A stretch of DNA of 64,000 nucleotides from Intrasporangium sp. (lineage in GTDB: Bacteria > Actinomycetota > Actinomycetes > Actinomycetales > Dermatophilaceae). The stretch's first letter is position 1, and the number at the start of each line of letters is the position of its first letter. The notes beneath the pieces were generated by a model. It was not told where the DNA came from. It did not search any database and saw only the letters and a program-made list of their open reading frames with translations. Positions 28,595-38,095 of the stretch are shown here, piece by piece. The stretch spans positions 2,402 through 66,401 of the forward strand of contig NZ_DATCWX010000255.1 of the NCBI RefSeq assembly GCF_036566125.1. Direction: 5' to 3'. Both the position numbers and the translations under genes were made by a program.

Positions 28595-28758
28595 TAGTGT
28601 GATCCACAGGTGGAGCGCCATGCTCGACGTCGTCCACAGGCCGTCTCGTGGAACACCCCGATGTCGGTGCCCTCACCTAACGTCTGACCCGACAGCGAGA
28701 CCGGACGAGCCGTCGCTGGGGGTCGAAGGTAGACGACCGCAGCGAAGACGGCAGATAG

Positions 28759-31700
28759 GTGACCGAGATGGCATCGGCGCAGGACAAGGACAAAGCCCTC
28801 TCCACCGTGATGGGGCAGATCGAGAAGAACTTCGGCAAGGGCGCCGTCATGCGCCTGGGCGACGACATCCGCCCGCCCATCGAGGTCATCCCGACGGGGT
28901 CGATCGCCCTCGACGTCGCCCTCGGGATCGGCGGTCTGCCGCGCGGGCGGATCGTGGAGATCTACGGACCTGAGAGCAGTGGAAAGTGCCTCACGGCCGA
29001 CACTTATGTGTGGTCCGACCAGGGCCTCGAGACCATCGCAGAGCTCTTCGAGCGCACCGGCCAGCCCGCCTCATGCACGTCTCGGGTTACCGACGTGTCC
29101 CACTTGGGACTTCGCGTCGTCAATGAACGCGGAGAGCTCGAGGCCGTCGCTGCGACAACGCACAACAACCGCAAGCCGGTCCTGCGCATCCATCTCAGCT
29201 CTGGACGCACAGTGAGTGCTACGCACAACCACCCGTTGCGCGTCATGAACGAGCGCGGCAACATCGTCTGGCGCACGGCAGGACGGCTGGCGGTTGGCGA
29301 CACCGTTGTGTCGGCCCTGTTTGGGGCTGAGGAGGCCGCTCACGGTGATGGCCTCAGCGAGGACGAGGCTGTTCTGCTGGGCTATCTCGTGGCCGAGGGA
29401 ACGCTGGGTGAACAGAACCGCCACGCAGTCCGCTTCACCAATTGGGATCCGGAGGTGGCTGGCGAGTTCTCCTCACTCATGGAGTCCGTATTCGGCAGCA
29501 CCGTCAAGCATTACGCTGACCGAGAGCATGTCGTACACGACACGGCACTACGCAAGCGTCTCGCCGACGACTACGGCTTGGCGTTCGTCAACGCTCCCGA
29601 GAAGTCCGTTCCCCACCGAGTTCGGACTGCTGGGGCGAAGGCACAACGTGCATTCCTCTCCGCGCTGTTCGAGGGCGACGGGTGGATCGACCCGTCGTCA
29701 ACTGTCGGGCTCGGTTCGGCGTCAAGACAATTGGCCGAGCAGGTCCAGCTGATGCTCTATGGCCTCGGCGTCCCGGTCACGCTGCATACGACCTTCAACA
29801 CCACCTACGAGCGCGACTACTACAGCGTCATCGTGAACCCCAGCGCCGTGCATCGCTTCCTCGAGGTGGTCGGCTTCCGCTCCGCGCGGCGCGCAGCTCA
29901 GGTCGAGGCCAACTACCGACCGTCGTCGCGTGACCCGCAGCGGGAGAACGTGCCGCATCAAGCCACCCGGATTGCCGACCTGCGTGACTCCATCGGCGGC
30001 GATCGGGGGTTTGACCGGGTCGCCGGCGATCTTTTCCGCAAGGACATGGATTTGCGCTGTTCACAGACTCGGCTGCTGAGAATCGTCGCCTGGGCCGAGG
30101 CGCGCCCTGAGCGGATCACGGATGGGGCTCGGGCGCTCATCGAGCACCTGAGGTCGCTGGCGTTGCAGCGCTACTCCTATGAGGAGGTCGTTTCAGTCGA
30201 GGACGGGGGAATGCAGCCCACGTTCGACATCATGGTGCCCGGGTCACACAGCTTCCTTGCCAACGGCATGCTGTCCCACAACACGACTGTGGCGCTGCAC
30301 GCGGTCGCCAGCGCGCAGAAGGGCGGAGGAATCGCCGCCTTCATCGATGCTGAGCACGCGCTCGATCCGGAGTACGCGAAGAAGCTCGGCGTCGACACCG
30401 ATGCCCTGCTCGTGTCGCAGCCGGACACGGGGGAGCAGGCGCTCGAGATCGCCGACATGCTGATCCGCTCCGGTGCGCTCGACATCATCGTCATCGACTC
30501 CGTCGCCGCGCTCGTGCCCCGCGCCGAGATCGAGGGTGAGATGGGTGACAGCCACGTCGGCCTCCAGGCCCGCCTCATGAGCCAGGCATTGCGGAAACTG
30601 ACCGGTGCGTTGAATACGACTGGTACGACAGCGATCTTCATCAACCAGCTCCGCGAGAAGATCGGCGTCATGTTTGGCTGCATGAGCTACAGCACCCGGG
30701 TCACGCTCGCTGATGGCTCCACTGAGAAGATCGGCAAGATCGTCAACCAGAAGCTGCCGGTCGAGGTTCGCACGTACGACGCGAAGACCAACGAGATCGT
30801 GAACCGTCCGGTGACCGGATGGTTCGACAACGGCGTCACGGAGAAGTTCCTCCAGTTCACCGTCGCGAAGTCCGGCGGTAACGGCAAGTCGAAGTTCGCC
30901 GCGACCGAGAACCATCTCGTCCGTACGCCAAGTGGCTGGCGCGAGGCCGGCGAGATCATTGCCGGCGATCGGGTCATGGTCAACGAGACGGCTCGGCTGA
31001 GCGAGCAGCAGTGGCAGGTCGTGCTCGGTGGTCTCATGGGCGACGGCCACCTCGCGCCGAACACCCACGGGCGCAGCGGGGTTCGTTACCGAATGGGTCA
31101 CGGGGAGAAGCAGGTGGCCTATCTCGACTGGAAGGCGGCCCTCCTCGGCAACATCGGACAGACCCGATCGGTACGACCCAACGGGGCGGTGCATATCGAC
31201 CTGACACCCCTGCCCGAGCTCGGTGAGCTGCGCGAGGTCATGTACTGGGGTGACGGCAAGAAACACCTGACCGACGATGTGATCAAGCAGCTGACGCCCC
31301 TCGCGCTCGCGATCTGGTACATGGACGACGGGGCCTTCGCACTGCGGTCAAAGGGGCTGCAGGCACGGACCGCTGGTGGCAGCGGCCGCATCGACATCTG
31401 TGTCGAGGCAATGAGTGAGCGCAGTCGTGAGCGACTGGTCGAATTCTTGAGGGACACGCACGGCGTGGAGTGCCAGGTGTCGCTGCGCGGCGCCCGCCAG
31501 AAGGCCGTGCTACAGATGACGACGGCGGGGACGGCTCGCTTCCAGGAGATCGTCGCGCCCTACATCCACCCCTCGATGGACTACAAGCTCCTGCCGCGCT
31601 TCGGGGGACAGTTCGCGGTCGAGCCGGAGTTCGTCGAGCCGACCCAGGTACTCGTCCCGGCGCGGGTCCTCGACGTCCACGTCAAGCCCAAGACGCGTTC

Positions 31701-32199
31701 GATGCATCGATTCGACATCGAGGTGGCCGGCACGCACAACTACTTCGTCGACGGGGTCATGGTGCACAACAGCCCCGAGACGACGACGGGTGGCAAGGCG
31801 CTGAAGTTCTACGCGTCGGTGCGGCTCGACGTGCGTCGCATCGAGACGCTGAAGGACGGCACCGACCCGGTCGGTAACCGGACGCGTGTCAAGGTCGTCA
31901 AGAACAAGGTGTCGCCGCCGTTCAAGCAGGCGGAGTTCGACATCCTCTACGGGCACGGCATCTCCCGTGAGGGCGGCCTCATCGACATGGGCGTCGAGCA
32001 CGGCTTCATCCGCAAGGCCGGTGCCTGGTACACGTACGAGGGCGACCAGCTCGGTCAGGGCAAGGAGAATGCGCGCAACTTCCTGCGCGACAACCCCGAC
32101 CTCGCCGACGAGATCGAGAAGAAGGTCAAGGAGAAGCTCGGCGTCGGACCCAAGGTGGACAAGCCCGCCGACGTCTCGGACGTGCCCGTCGAGTTCTGA
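28759..32199 (+). CDS. recA: recombinase RecA precursor carrying two inteins (exteins sum to ~350 aa)
   Basis: The three exteins are 28759-28986, 30283-30678 and 31771-32196. When joined they read ...[12 protein letters not shown]|TTVALHAV...REKIGVMFG|[20 protein letters not shown]... The start may instead be ATG 28768. Confidence 0.95.
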   Translation: MTEMASAQDKDKALSTVMGQIEKNFGKGAVMRLGDDIRPPIEVIPTGSIALDVALGIGGLPRGRIVEIYGPESSGKCLTADTYVWSDQGLETIAELFERTGQPASCTSRVTDVSHLGLRVVNERGELEAVAATTHNNRKPVLRIHLSSGRTVSATHNHPLRVMNERGNIVWRTAGRLAVGDTVVSALFGAEEAAHGDGLSEDEAVLLGYLVAEGTLGEQNRHAVRFTNWDPEVAGEFSSLMESVFGSTVKHYADREHVVHDTALRKRLADDYGLAFVNAPEKSVPHRVRTAGAKAQRAFLSALFEGDGWIDPSSTVGLGSASRQLAEQVQLMLYGLGVPVTLHTTFNTTYERDYYSVIVNPSAVHRFLEVVGFRSARRAAQVEANYRPSSRDPQRENVPHQATRIADLRDSIGGDRGFDRVAGDLFRKDMDLRCSQTRLLRIVAWAEARPERITDGARALIEHLRSLALQRYSYEEVVSVEDGGMQPTFDIMVPGSHSFLANGMLSHNTTVALHAVASAQKGGGIAAFIDAEHALDPEYAKKLGVDTDALLVSQPDTGEQALEIADMLIRSGALDIIVIDSVAALVPRAEIEGEMGDSHVGLQARLMSQALRKLTGALNTTGTTAIFINQLREKIGVMFGCMSYSTRVTLADGSTEKIGKIVNQKLPVEVRTYDAKTNEIVNRPVTGWFDNGVTEKFLQFTVAKSGGNGKSKFAATENHLVRTPSGWREAGEIIAGDRVMVNETARLSEQQWQVVLGGLMGDGHLAPNTHGRSGVRYRMGHGEKQVAYLDWKAALLGNIGQTRSVRPNGAVHIDLTPLPELGELREVMYWGDGKKHLTDDVIKQLTPLALAIWYMDDGAFALRSKGLQARTAGGSGRIDICVEAMSERSRERLVEFLRDTHGVECQVSLRGARQKAVLQMTTAGTARFQEIVAPYIHPSMDYKLLPRFGGQFAVEPEFVEPTQVLVPARVLDVHVKPKTRSMHRFDIEVAGTHNYFVDGVMVHNSPETTTGGKALKFYASVRLDVRRIETLKDGTDPVGNRTRVKVVKNKVSPPFKQAEFDILYGHGISREGGLIDMGVEHGFIRKAGAWYTYEGDQLGQGKENARNFLRDNPDLADEIEKKVKEKLGVGPKVDKPADVSDVPVEF
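28987..30282 (+). mobile_element. intein 1 (432 aa) in the RecA Walker A P-loop, with a LAGLIDADG homing endonuclease domain
   Basis: Junctions GPESSGK|CLTADTYVW ... [10 protein letters not shown]|TTVAL. Block [17 protein letters not shown] motifs [11 protein letters not shown] and [11 protein letters not shown]. Confidence 0.9.
30679..31770 (+). mobile_element. intein 2 (364 aa) at the GVMFG|SPETTTGG site, with a LAGLIDADG homing endonuclease domain
   Basis: Junctions KIGVMFG|[14 protein letters not shown] ... [11 protein letters not shown]|SPETTTGG. Block B AATENHL. Motifs [10 protein letters not shown] and [10 protein letters not shown]. Confidence 0.9.
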
Positions 32200-32211
32200 G
32201 CCTGAGCCCTC

Positions 32212-32841
32212 GTGTCGGCCGAGACCCACGACGACAAGCTGGCGCGCGCCGCGGCCGCCCTCGCGAAAGCAGAGGGTCTGGCCGCGGCGGCGGCACCAGG
32301 TCGAGGGCGTCGTTCGTGGACGCCCCCGCCCGAGGACCCCGAGCAGACCAGCTCAGAGGCCGACCCAGAGTCGGTCGCCCGCGCCATCGTGCTGCGCCAG
32401 CTGTCGATGGCCCCACGCAGCCGGGCGCAGCTCGAGCGCAAGCTGAGCCAGCGCGGCTGTGATCCCGAGGTGGCCGCCCGGGTCCTCGACCGGATGACCG
32501 AGGTCGGGTTGGTCGACGACGAGGCCTACGCCGAGATGCTCGTCCGCTCGAAGCAGGGCACGAAGGGTCTGGCTCGCAAAGGTCTGGCCCATGAGCTTCG
32601 CAAGCAGGGGATCGACCAGGAGACCGCCGAGGAAGCGCTCGGACAGGTCGGCATCGACGACGAGCGCGCCAAGGCCGAGGAACTCGTGGCCAAGAAGCTC
32701 CGGACCATGACCGGTCTGGCGCCCGACGTCCAGGCCCGTCGCCTGGCGGCCATGCTTGCGCGCAAGGGCTACTCGGGCGAGGTCGCCTGGCCGGTCATCC
32801 GCGACGCTGTCAACGACGCTCCCGAGCACCAGCGCGACTGA
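32212..32841 (+). CDS. recX: recombination regulator RecX
   Basis: Directly downstream of recA. Repeated helical motifs VGLVDDEAYAEMLVRSK and LARKGYSGEV. Confidence 0.9.
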   Translation: MSAETHDDKLARAAAALAKAEGLAAAAAPGRGRRSWTPPPEDPEQTSSEADPESVARAIVLRQLSMAPRSRAQLERKLSQRGCDPEVAARVLDRMTEVGLVDDEAYAEMLVRSKQGTKGLARKGLAHELRKQGIDQETAEEALGQVGIDDERAKAEELVAKKLRTMTGLAPDVQARRLAAMLARKGYSGEVAWPVIRDAVNDAPEHQRD

Positions 32842-32863
32842 GCGTTCGTGGGGGAGCAGGCCC

Positions 32864-32873
32864 AGCGGCATAC
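32864..32873 (+). repeat. CAGCGGCATAC dispersed repeat copy
   Basis: gagcaggcccAGCGGCATACggcatg. Intergenic, 23 nt after the recX stop. Confidence 0.85.
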
Positions 32874-32896
32874 GGCATGGTCTTTTTGGGCGTGAG

Positions 32897-32932
32897 AAAG
32901 GGGGCGGGGACCATACGGTCCCCGCCCCCTTT
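32897..32932. terminator. bidirectional terminator hairpin between recX and the yceI-like gene
   Basis: Perfect 16-bp stem AAAGGGGGCGGGGACC / GGTCCCCGCCCCCTTT with loop ATAC. T-run on the plus strand and A-run on the minus strand. Confidence 0.8.
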
Positions 32933-32948
32933 GGGAGGTCGGTGTCGC

Positions 32949-33557
32949 TCAGGCCTGGGACGGGACCACGGCGATCGCCGACACGTCGAACTCGAGCTTG
33001 ACCTTCTCGCTCACGAGGACGCCGCCGGTCTCAAGGGCCGCGTTGAACGTCAGGCCCCAGTCGGTGCGGTCGATGGTGGTCTCACCCTCGAAGCCGATGC
33101 GGATGTTGCCGAACGGGTCCTTCGCGGAGCCGGTCGCGTCGAACGGGATGGTGATCGACTTGGTGACCGCGTTGATGGTCAGGTCACCGGTGATGGCCCA
33201 CTCGGAGCCGTCGCGCTCGACGTTGGTCGAGACGAAGGTGATCTCCGGGTAGTTCTCGACGTCGAAGAAGTCGGGGGTCTTGAGGTGGCCGTCGCGCTGC
33301 TCGTTGTGCGTCGTGACGCTGGCGGCCTTGATGACGACCTTGACGGAGGAGTTGGCCGGCGTCTGCGTGTCGACGTGGGCGGTGCCCTCGAACTCCTCGA
33401 AGTTGCCGCGGACCTTCGTCACCATGGCGTGACGGGCCGAGAAGCCGATGCGCGTGTGGCTCGGGTCGAGCGTGTAGTCGCCGGCGATGTCGTTGATGGC
33501 GACGGAAGCGGCCTCAACGGTCTCGGTGGCCTCGGCCTTGCGGTTGAACAGTCCCAT
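32949..33557 (-). CDS. YceI family polyisoprenoid-binding protein
   Basis: YTLDPSHTRIGFSARHAMVTKVRGNF and LTINAVTKSITIPF motifs. Confidence 0.85.
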   Translation of the reverse strand: MGLFNRKAEATETVEAASVAINDIAGDYTLDPSHTRIGFSARHAMVTKVRGNFEEFEGTAHVDTQTPANSSVKVVIKAASVTTHNEQRDGHLKTPDFFDVENYPEITFVSTNVERDGSEWAITGDLTINAVTKSITIPFDATGSAKDPFGNIRIGFEGETTIDRTDWGLTFNAALETGGVLVSEKVKLEFDVSAIAVVPSQA

Positions 33558-33754
33558 GATCAGTCCTTAGGGGGTTGGTGGTTGAACCTTCAATGACAAC
33601 TATGCAGGACTTTCGTTGAACTGTCAAATATTGCGCGGGACAGACTACTCGGCGCGGTGTCGACCCAGTTCCTGACGTCCGACGGCTGAGCGCGAACCAC
33701 GTACCCTTGTCCATGCCCATGAGGGCCATGACGGCCATGACGATGCGGAAGACC

Positions 33755-35269
33755 ATGCCCAGGACCTACGACGTGCGGACGCACGGCTGCCAGATGAACG
33801 TCCACGACAGCGAGCGGCTCGCCGGCCTGCTCGAGACGGCGGGCTACGTCGACCTCGCCAGCCTGCCGCGGGACGCGCGGCCCGAGGTCGCGGACGTCGT
33901 CGTCTTCAACACCTGCGCCGTGCGTGAGAACGCCGACAACAAGCTCTACGGCAACCTGGGCCAGCTGCGCCAGGCCAAGCTGAGCAACCCCGAGATGCAG
34001 ATCGCCGTCGGCGGCTGCATGGCTCAGAAGGACCGGGGCACCATCGTCGAGCGGGCTCCATGGGTCGATGTCGTCTTCGGCACGCACAACCTCGGCTCCC
34101 TGCCGGCGTTGCTGGACCGTGCGGCGCACAACAGGCGTGCCGAGGTGGAGATCCTCGAGAGCCTGGAGACCTTCCCGTCGACCCTGCCCACGCGGCGTGA
34201 CTCGGCGTACAGCGGGTGGGTCTCGATCTCCGTCGGCTGCAACAACACGTGCACGTTCTGCATCGTGCCGAGCCTCCGGGGCAAGGAGCAGGACCGCCGC
34301 CCGGGCGAGATCCTCGCCGAGATCGAGGCACTCGTCGCGGAGGGCGTCGTCGAGATCACCCTGTTGGGGCAGAACGTCAACACCTACGGGGTCGAGTTCG
34401 GTGACCGGCTCGCCTTCGGCAAGCTGCTGCGCGCCTGCGGTGAGATCGATGGGCTCGAGCGGGTCCGCTTCACGAGCCCGCACCCGGCGGCCTTCACGGA
34501 CGACGTCATCCTCGCGATGGCCGAGACGCCGAACGTCATGCCGAGCCTGCACATGCCGCTCCAGTCCGGCTCCGACAAGGTCCTGAAGGAGATGCGCCGC
34601 TCCTACCGCAGCGCGAAGTTCCTCCGCATCCTCGACACCGTCCGGGACCACATCCCGCAGGCCGCGATCACGACCGACATCATCGTCGGGTTCCCGGGGG
34701 AGACCGAGGACGACTTCCAGGGCACGCTCGACGTCGTGCGCGAGGCCCGCTTCTCGAGCGCCTTCACCTTCCAGTACTCGATCCGGCCGGGGACTCCGGC
34801 GGCGACGATGCCGGGCCAGGTGCCCAAGGCGGTCGTCCAGGAGCGGTTCGACCGGCTGATCGCCCTCCAGGAGGAGGTCAGCTGGGCGGAGAACCGGCGT
34901 CTCGAGGGCCAATCCGTGGAGGTGCTCGTCGCGCCTGCCGAGGGTCGCAAGGACGCCGCCACCCACCGCCTGTCCGGGCGGGCCCGCGACAACCGCCTCG
35001 TCCACTTCGCCGTGCCCGAGGGAGCCGAGGTGCCACGCCCGGGCGATCTCGTCACGGTGGGGGTGACCTATGGCGCGCCGCACCACCTCGTCGCCGACGC
35101 CGCTCTCACCGGTGGCGCCTACTCGGTGCGTCGGACGCGTGGCGGGGACGCCTGGGCGACGCTGCAGGCGGACCCTGCGGGCAGTGGCAAGCCCAAGGTG
35201 AGCCTCGGCATCCCGACGGTGGGACGCCCGGCAACGGTCTTCTCGGCTCCCGCCTGCGCCACCCCGTGA
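33755..35269 (+). CDS. miaB: tRNA (N6-isopentenyl-A37) methylthiotransferase MiaB
   Basis: [20 protein letters not shown], radical-SAM [11 protein letters not shown] and a TRAM C-terminus. Alternative upstream starts extend back to 33707. Confidence 0.9.
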   Translation: MPRTYDVRTHGCQMNVHDSERLAGLLETAGYVDLASLPRDARPEVADVVVFNTCAVRENADNKLYGNLGQLRQAKLSNPEMQIAVGGCMAQKDRGTIVERAPWVDVVFGTHNLGSLPALLDRAAHNRRAEVEILESLETFPSTLPTRRDSAYSGWVSISVGCNNTCTFCIVPSLRGKEQDRRPGEILAEIEALVAEGVVEITLLGQNVNTYGVEFGDRLAFGKLLRACGEIDGLERVRFTSPHPAAFTDDVILAMAETPNVMPSLHMPLQSGSDKVLKEMRRSYRSAKFLRILDTVRDHIPQAAITTDIIVGFPGETEDDFQGTLDVVREARFSSAFTFQYSIRPGTPAATMPGQVPKAVVQERFDRLIALQEEVSWAENRRLEGQSVEVLVAPAEGRKDAATHRLSGRARDNRLVHFAVPEGAEVPRPGDLVTVGVTYGAPHHLVADAALTGGAYSVRRTRGGDAWATLQADPAGSGKPKVSLGIPTVGRPATVFSAPACATP

Positions 35270-35290
35270 GCGGGTAGGACGGCCACTCTT

Positions 35291-35346
35291 CGATCGAGTG
35301 GACAGATTCTGGGTGTCGCTGGTCCCCGAAGTTGTTCATTCGATCG
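35291..35346 (+). repeat. GATCGAGTGA-type palindromic element, copy R2
   Basis: CGATCGAGTGGACAGATTCTGGG-tgtcgctggt-CCCCGAAGTTGTTCATTCGATCG. Most stem mismatches are G-U compatible on the plus-strand RNA. It starts 22 nt after the miaB stop. Confidence 0.6.
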
Positions 35347-35359
35347 TGGAAGGGATGTC

Positions 35360-35369
35360 GTATGCCGCT
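35360..35369 (-). repeat. CAGCGGCATAC dispersed repeat copy
   Basis: gatgtcGTATGCCGCTgggctggcttgcc. Intergenic between miaB and def, 14 nt after hairpin R2. Confidence 0.85.
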
Positions 35370-35432
35370 GGGCTGGCTTGCCATCGAAAGTTGGGTTGGG
35401 AGCCGGCGCGGTCGCGTGCTTGGATGCAGGGC

Positions 35433-36059
35433 ATGGCTGTTCGACCCATTGTCATCGCCGGCGAGCCGGTCCTGCACCGCCCCGCCGCGCTCGTGTCCGA
35501 GTTCGACGACGGCCTGCGCACCCTCGTCCAGGACATGTACGAGACGAATGACGCCGCCAACGGTGTCGGCCTCGCCGCTCCGCAGATCGGGGTCGGTCTC
35601 CGGGTCTTCATCTGGAAGATGGAGAACCAGGACGGCGTTCCCGTCCAGGGACACGTGATCAACCCGACGCTGACCGCCTCCCGGATCCCGCGGGAACGCC
35701 CGGACCCTCGCGAGGAGACCGAGGGGTGCCTCTCGGTGCCGGGCGAGTCCTTCCCCCTCAAGCGGGCCGCGACGGCACACGTCGTCGGGTTCGACGTCGA
35801 CGAGCAGCTGATCGAGTTCGACGCGACGGGCTGGTTCGCGCGCTGCATGCAGCACGAGTATGACCATCTCAACGGCACCCTCTACATCGACCGCCTGGAC
35901 GATCGTCAGTCCAAGAAGGCCCGCAAGGCCGTGAAGCGCAACGGCTGGGGGAAACCCGGGGGCACGTGGATGCCCGGGGTAGACCCTGACCCGTTCGGCC
36001 ATGAGGAGGACGCCGTTCCCGACCGCGAGCACGAGCACGCCCACAGCGAGGGCATGTGA
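35433..36059 (+). CDS. def: peptide deformylase
   Basis: GVGLAAPQIG, EGCLSVPG and HEYDHLNG motifs. An alternative ATG lies at 35424. The upstream part of the 35298 ORF covers repeat elements. Confidence 0.9.
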   Translation: MAVRPIVIAGEPVLHRPAALVSEFDDGLRTLVQDMYETNDAANGVGLAAPQIGVGLRVFIWKMENQDGVPVQGHVINPTLTASRIPRERPDPREETEGCLSVPGESFPLKRAATAHVVGFDVDEQLIEFDATGWFARCMQHEYDHLNGTLYIDRLDDRQSKKARKAVKRNGWGKPGGTWMPGVDPDPFGHEEDAVPDREHEHAHSEGM

Positions 36060-36967
36060 CGGCTCCGGCCGACCTGCCGATCATCGCCGTGGTCGGACCC
36101 ACTGCGACCGGCAAGAGCGGACTGGGACTCGACCTCGCTGCGCGCCTCGACGGCGAGATCATCAACGCGGATGCGATGCAGCTCTACCGGGGCATGGATA
36201 TCGGGACCGCCAAGTTGACCCGGGAGCAGCGGCGCGGCATCCCGCACCACCAGCTCGATGTGCTCGAGGTCACCGAGGAGGCGAGTGTCGCGGCCTACCA
36301 AGAGGCCGCCCGCGCGGACATTCGGGCCATCAGGGAGCGCGATCGGGTGCCCATCCTCGTCGGCGGATCCGGTCTCTACGTCCGGGCGGTGCTCGACCGG
36401 CTCGAGATCCCGCCGACGGACCCCACCGTGCGCGCCCACCTCGAGGCGCACGCGCTCGAGGTGGGTGCCGACTCCATGTATCGCCTTCTGCTCCAGAGGG
36501 ACCCGGCAGCTGCGGCGCGGATCCAACCCGGAAACATCAGGCGCATCGTCCGCGCTCTTGAGGTCATCGAGCTGACCGGTCGACCGTTCAGCGCCTCGAT
36601 GCCGAGACGCGAGTTCGTGACCCCGACCGTCATCGTCGGGCTGTCGGCGGACCGGTCGGTCCTGGACGAGCGGACCGATGCCCGGGTCGAACAGATGTGG
36701 CGCGCGGGTCTGCCCCAGGAGGTCGAGGGCCTGCTCGCCGACGGGTTGAGGGACGGGTTCACCGCCAGCCGAGCCATCGGCTACGCCCAGGCCATCAGCG
36801 TCATCGACGGGCAGCTGACCGAGCCTGAGGCCATCGCCGAGACCGCCCAAGCCACCCGACGGTTCGTCCGGCGGCAGGAGAGCTGGTTCCGCGCGGACCC
36901 GAGAATTCGTTGGGTCGACGCGACGCGCGGAGTGGACGTGGACGAGGTGCTCGCCCTGGTCGGGTGA
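36056..36967 (+). CDS. miaA: tRNA dimethylallyltransferase
   Basis: GTGA overlap with the def stop. P-loop VVGPTATGKS, INADAMQLYRGMDIGTAK and HHQLDV. Confidence 0.9.
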   Translation: MTAPADLPIIAVVGPTATGKSGLGLDLAARLDGEIINADAMQLYRGMDIGTAKLTREQRRGIPHHQLDVLEVTEEASVAAYQEAARADIRAIRERDRVPILVGGSGLYVRAVLDRLEIPPTDPTVRAHLEAHALEVGADSMYRLLLQRDPAAAARIQPGNIRRIVRALEVIELTGRPFSASMPRREFVTPTVIVGLSADRSVLDERTDARVEQMWRAGLPQEVEGLLADGLRDGFTASRAIGYAQAISVIDGQLTEPEAIAETAQATRRFVRRQESWFRADPRIRWVDATRGVDVDEVLALVG

Positions 36968-37151
36968 CGAAGCGTCACACCCCGAACGTCAGTCGCTTGG
37001 GAATCGACGAGGGCACCTATGTCGACGTTGATTTCCAGCTTGCCGATGTGGGCGTGGGGCAGGGCGATTGCGCGGCTGCCTGTGCTGTAGCGATCATGGG
37101 ATGTGGACGGCGCACTGACCTGCACCGACCCGGACCCTTGGAGCGGTCCTC

Positions 37152-37613
37152 ATGCCTGAACGTCAGATCACGGTGCAACGTCGGATGTCTGCGTCCCCGG
37201 GCGCTCTATGGGCCCTGTTCGCCGACTTTCCGAATCTCGCGAACCACTGGAGGGGCCTCCGGGCGACGAGACCCATCGGCGACCAGACCGGCGGCGTGGG
37301 AGCTCGCCGCCACGTTGAGCTGAAGCCGATCGGCAGCATGGATGAAACGGTGACCACCTGGGAGGAGAGGCGCAGGATCGGCACACGGAACCAGCCGAGC
37401 GCATCGGTGCCGTTCAAACACGCCGACTCCATGCTCACGCTCGAGCCCGACGAAGACGGCACGTTGGCCACGTTCGACTACCGGTACCTGCCCAGGGGTG
37501 GTGCGCTCGGCCGATTGACCGGCCCATTGATCGACAAGATGCTGACCGCAACCTTCGCGGACATGCTGCTCGCTACCGACGAGGCTGCCTTCCGGAGCGG
37601 TACCGAGCGTTGA
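37152..37613 (+). CDS. SRPBCC (START/polyketide cyclase-like) family protein
   Basis: 153 aa with RRMSASPGALWALFADFPNLANHW and the typical size and profile. Confidence 0.65.
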   Translation: MPERQITVQRRMSASPGALWALFADFPNLANHWRGLRATRPIGDQTGGVGARRHVELKPIGSMDETVTTWEERRRIGTRNQPSASVPFKHADSMLTLEPDEDGTLATFDYRYLPRGGALGRLTGPLIDKMLTATFADMLLATDEAAFRSGTER

Positions 37614-37644
37614 CCGCAGTCGAACCGCGCTGGCGCCAACTCCG

Positions 37645-37661
37645 AAAGCTGTTCACTCGAT
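37645..37661 (+). repeat. GATCGAGTGA-type element, half copy R3
   Basis: AAAGCTGTTCACTCGAT is identical to the 3' arm of the 39816 element. It lies 32 nt after the SRPBCC stop. Confidence 0.5.
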
Positions 37662-37684
37662 GAGACGGGGGTGACAGCAAAGGC

Positions 37685-37718
37685 AAGACTTGATAACTTC
37701 TTCAAGTCAACAAGTCTT
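37685..37718. promoter_or_regulatory. candidate ArsR-family operator (nested inverted repeats)
   Basis: AAGACTTGA-taacttct-TCAAGTC-aa-CAAGTCTT in an AT-rich patch ending 3 nt before the arsR-like ATG. Confidence 0.5.
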
Positions 37719-37720
37719 CA

Positions 37721-38095
37721 ATGGAAGGGTCACCGGTGAGCGTGCCGCTCTACCAGGCGAAAGCCGAGTTCTTCAAGACGCTGGGCCACCCGGCGCGGAT
37801 CCGCATCCTGGAGCTGCTGTCCGAGCGCGATCACGCCGTGCACGAGCTCCTCGAGCAGATCGAGATCGAGCCCAGCAACCTCTCGCAACAGCTCGCCGTG
37901 CTCCGCCGTGCCTCACTCGTGACCTCCACGCGAGGCGGAGGTGAGGTCGTCTACTCCGTCAGCGTTCCGGAGGTGCGGGACCTGCTGCTCGCCGCTCGCG
38001 CGATCCTGTCCGGCATCATCATCGTCCGGGGCGAGCTGGAGTCTGAGCTCACCGGGACAGCGACCGGGAGCCTCACGGGAGCGTCGACCTCATGA
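37721..38095 (+). CDS. ArsR/SmtB family transcriptional regulator
   Basis: FKTLGHPARIRILELLSERDHAVHELLEQIEIEPSNLSQQLAVLR winged-HTH signature. Confidence 0.85.
   Translation: MEGSPVSVPLYQAKAEFFKTLGHPARIRILELLSERDHAVHELLEQIEIEPSNLSQQLAVLRRASLVTSTRGGGEVVYSVSVPEVRDLLLAARAILSGIIIVRGELESELTGTATGSLTGASTS

Noticed and set aside
27586-28758. PafBC/RecA-NDp promoter motif (TGTCGGTG-N8-TANNNT) upstream of DUF3046 or recA.
   Set aside because: Only weak partial matches were found, for example TTTCGGTG without a correctly spaced TANNNT. That is not enough to make the call. The LexA box is clear.
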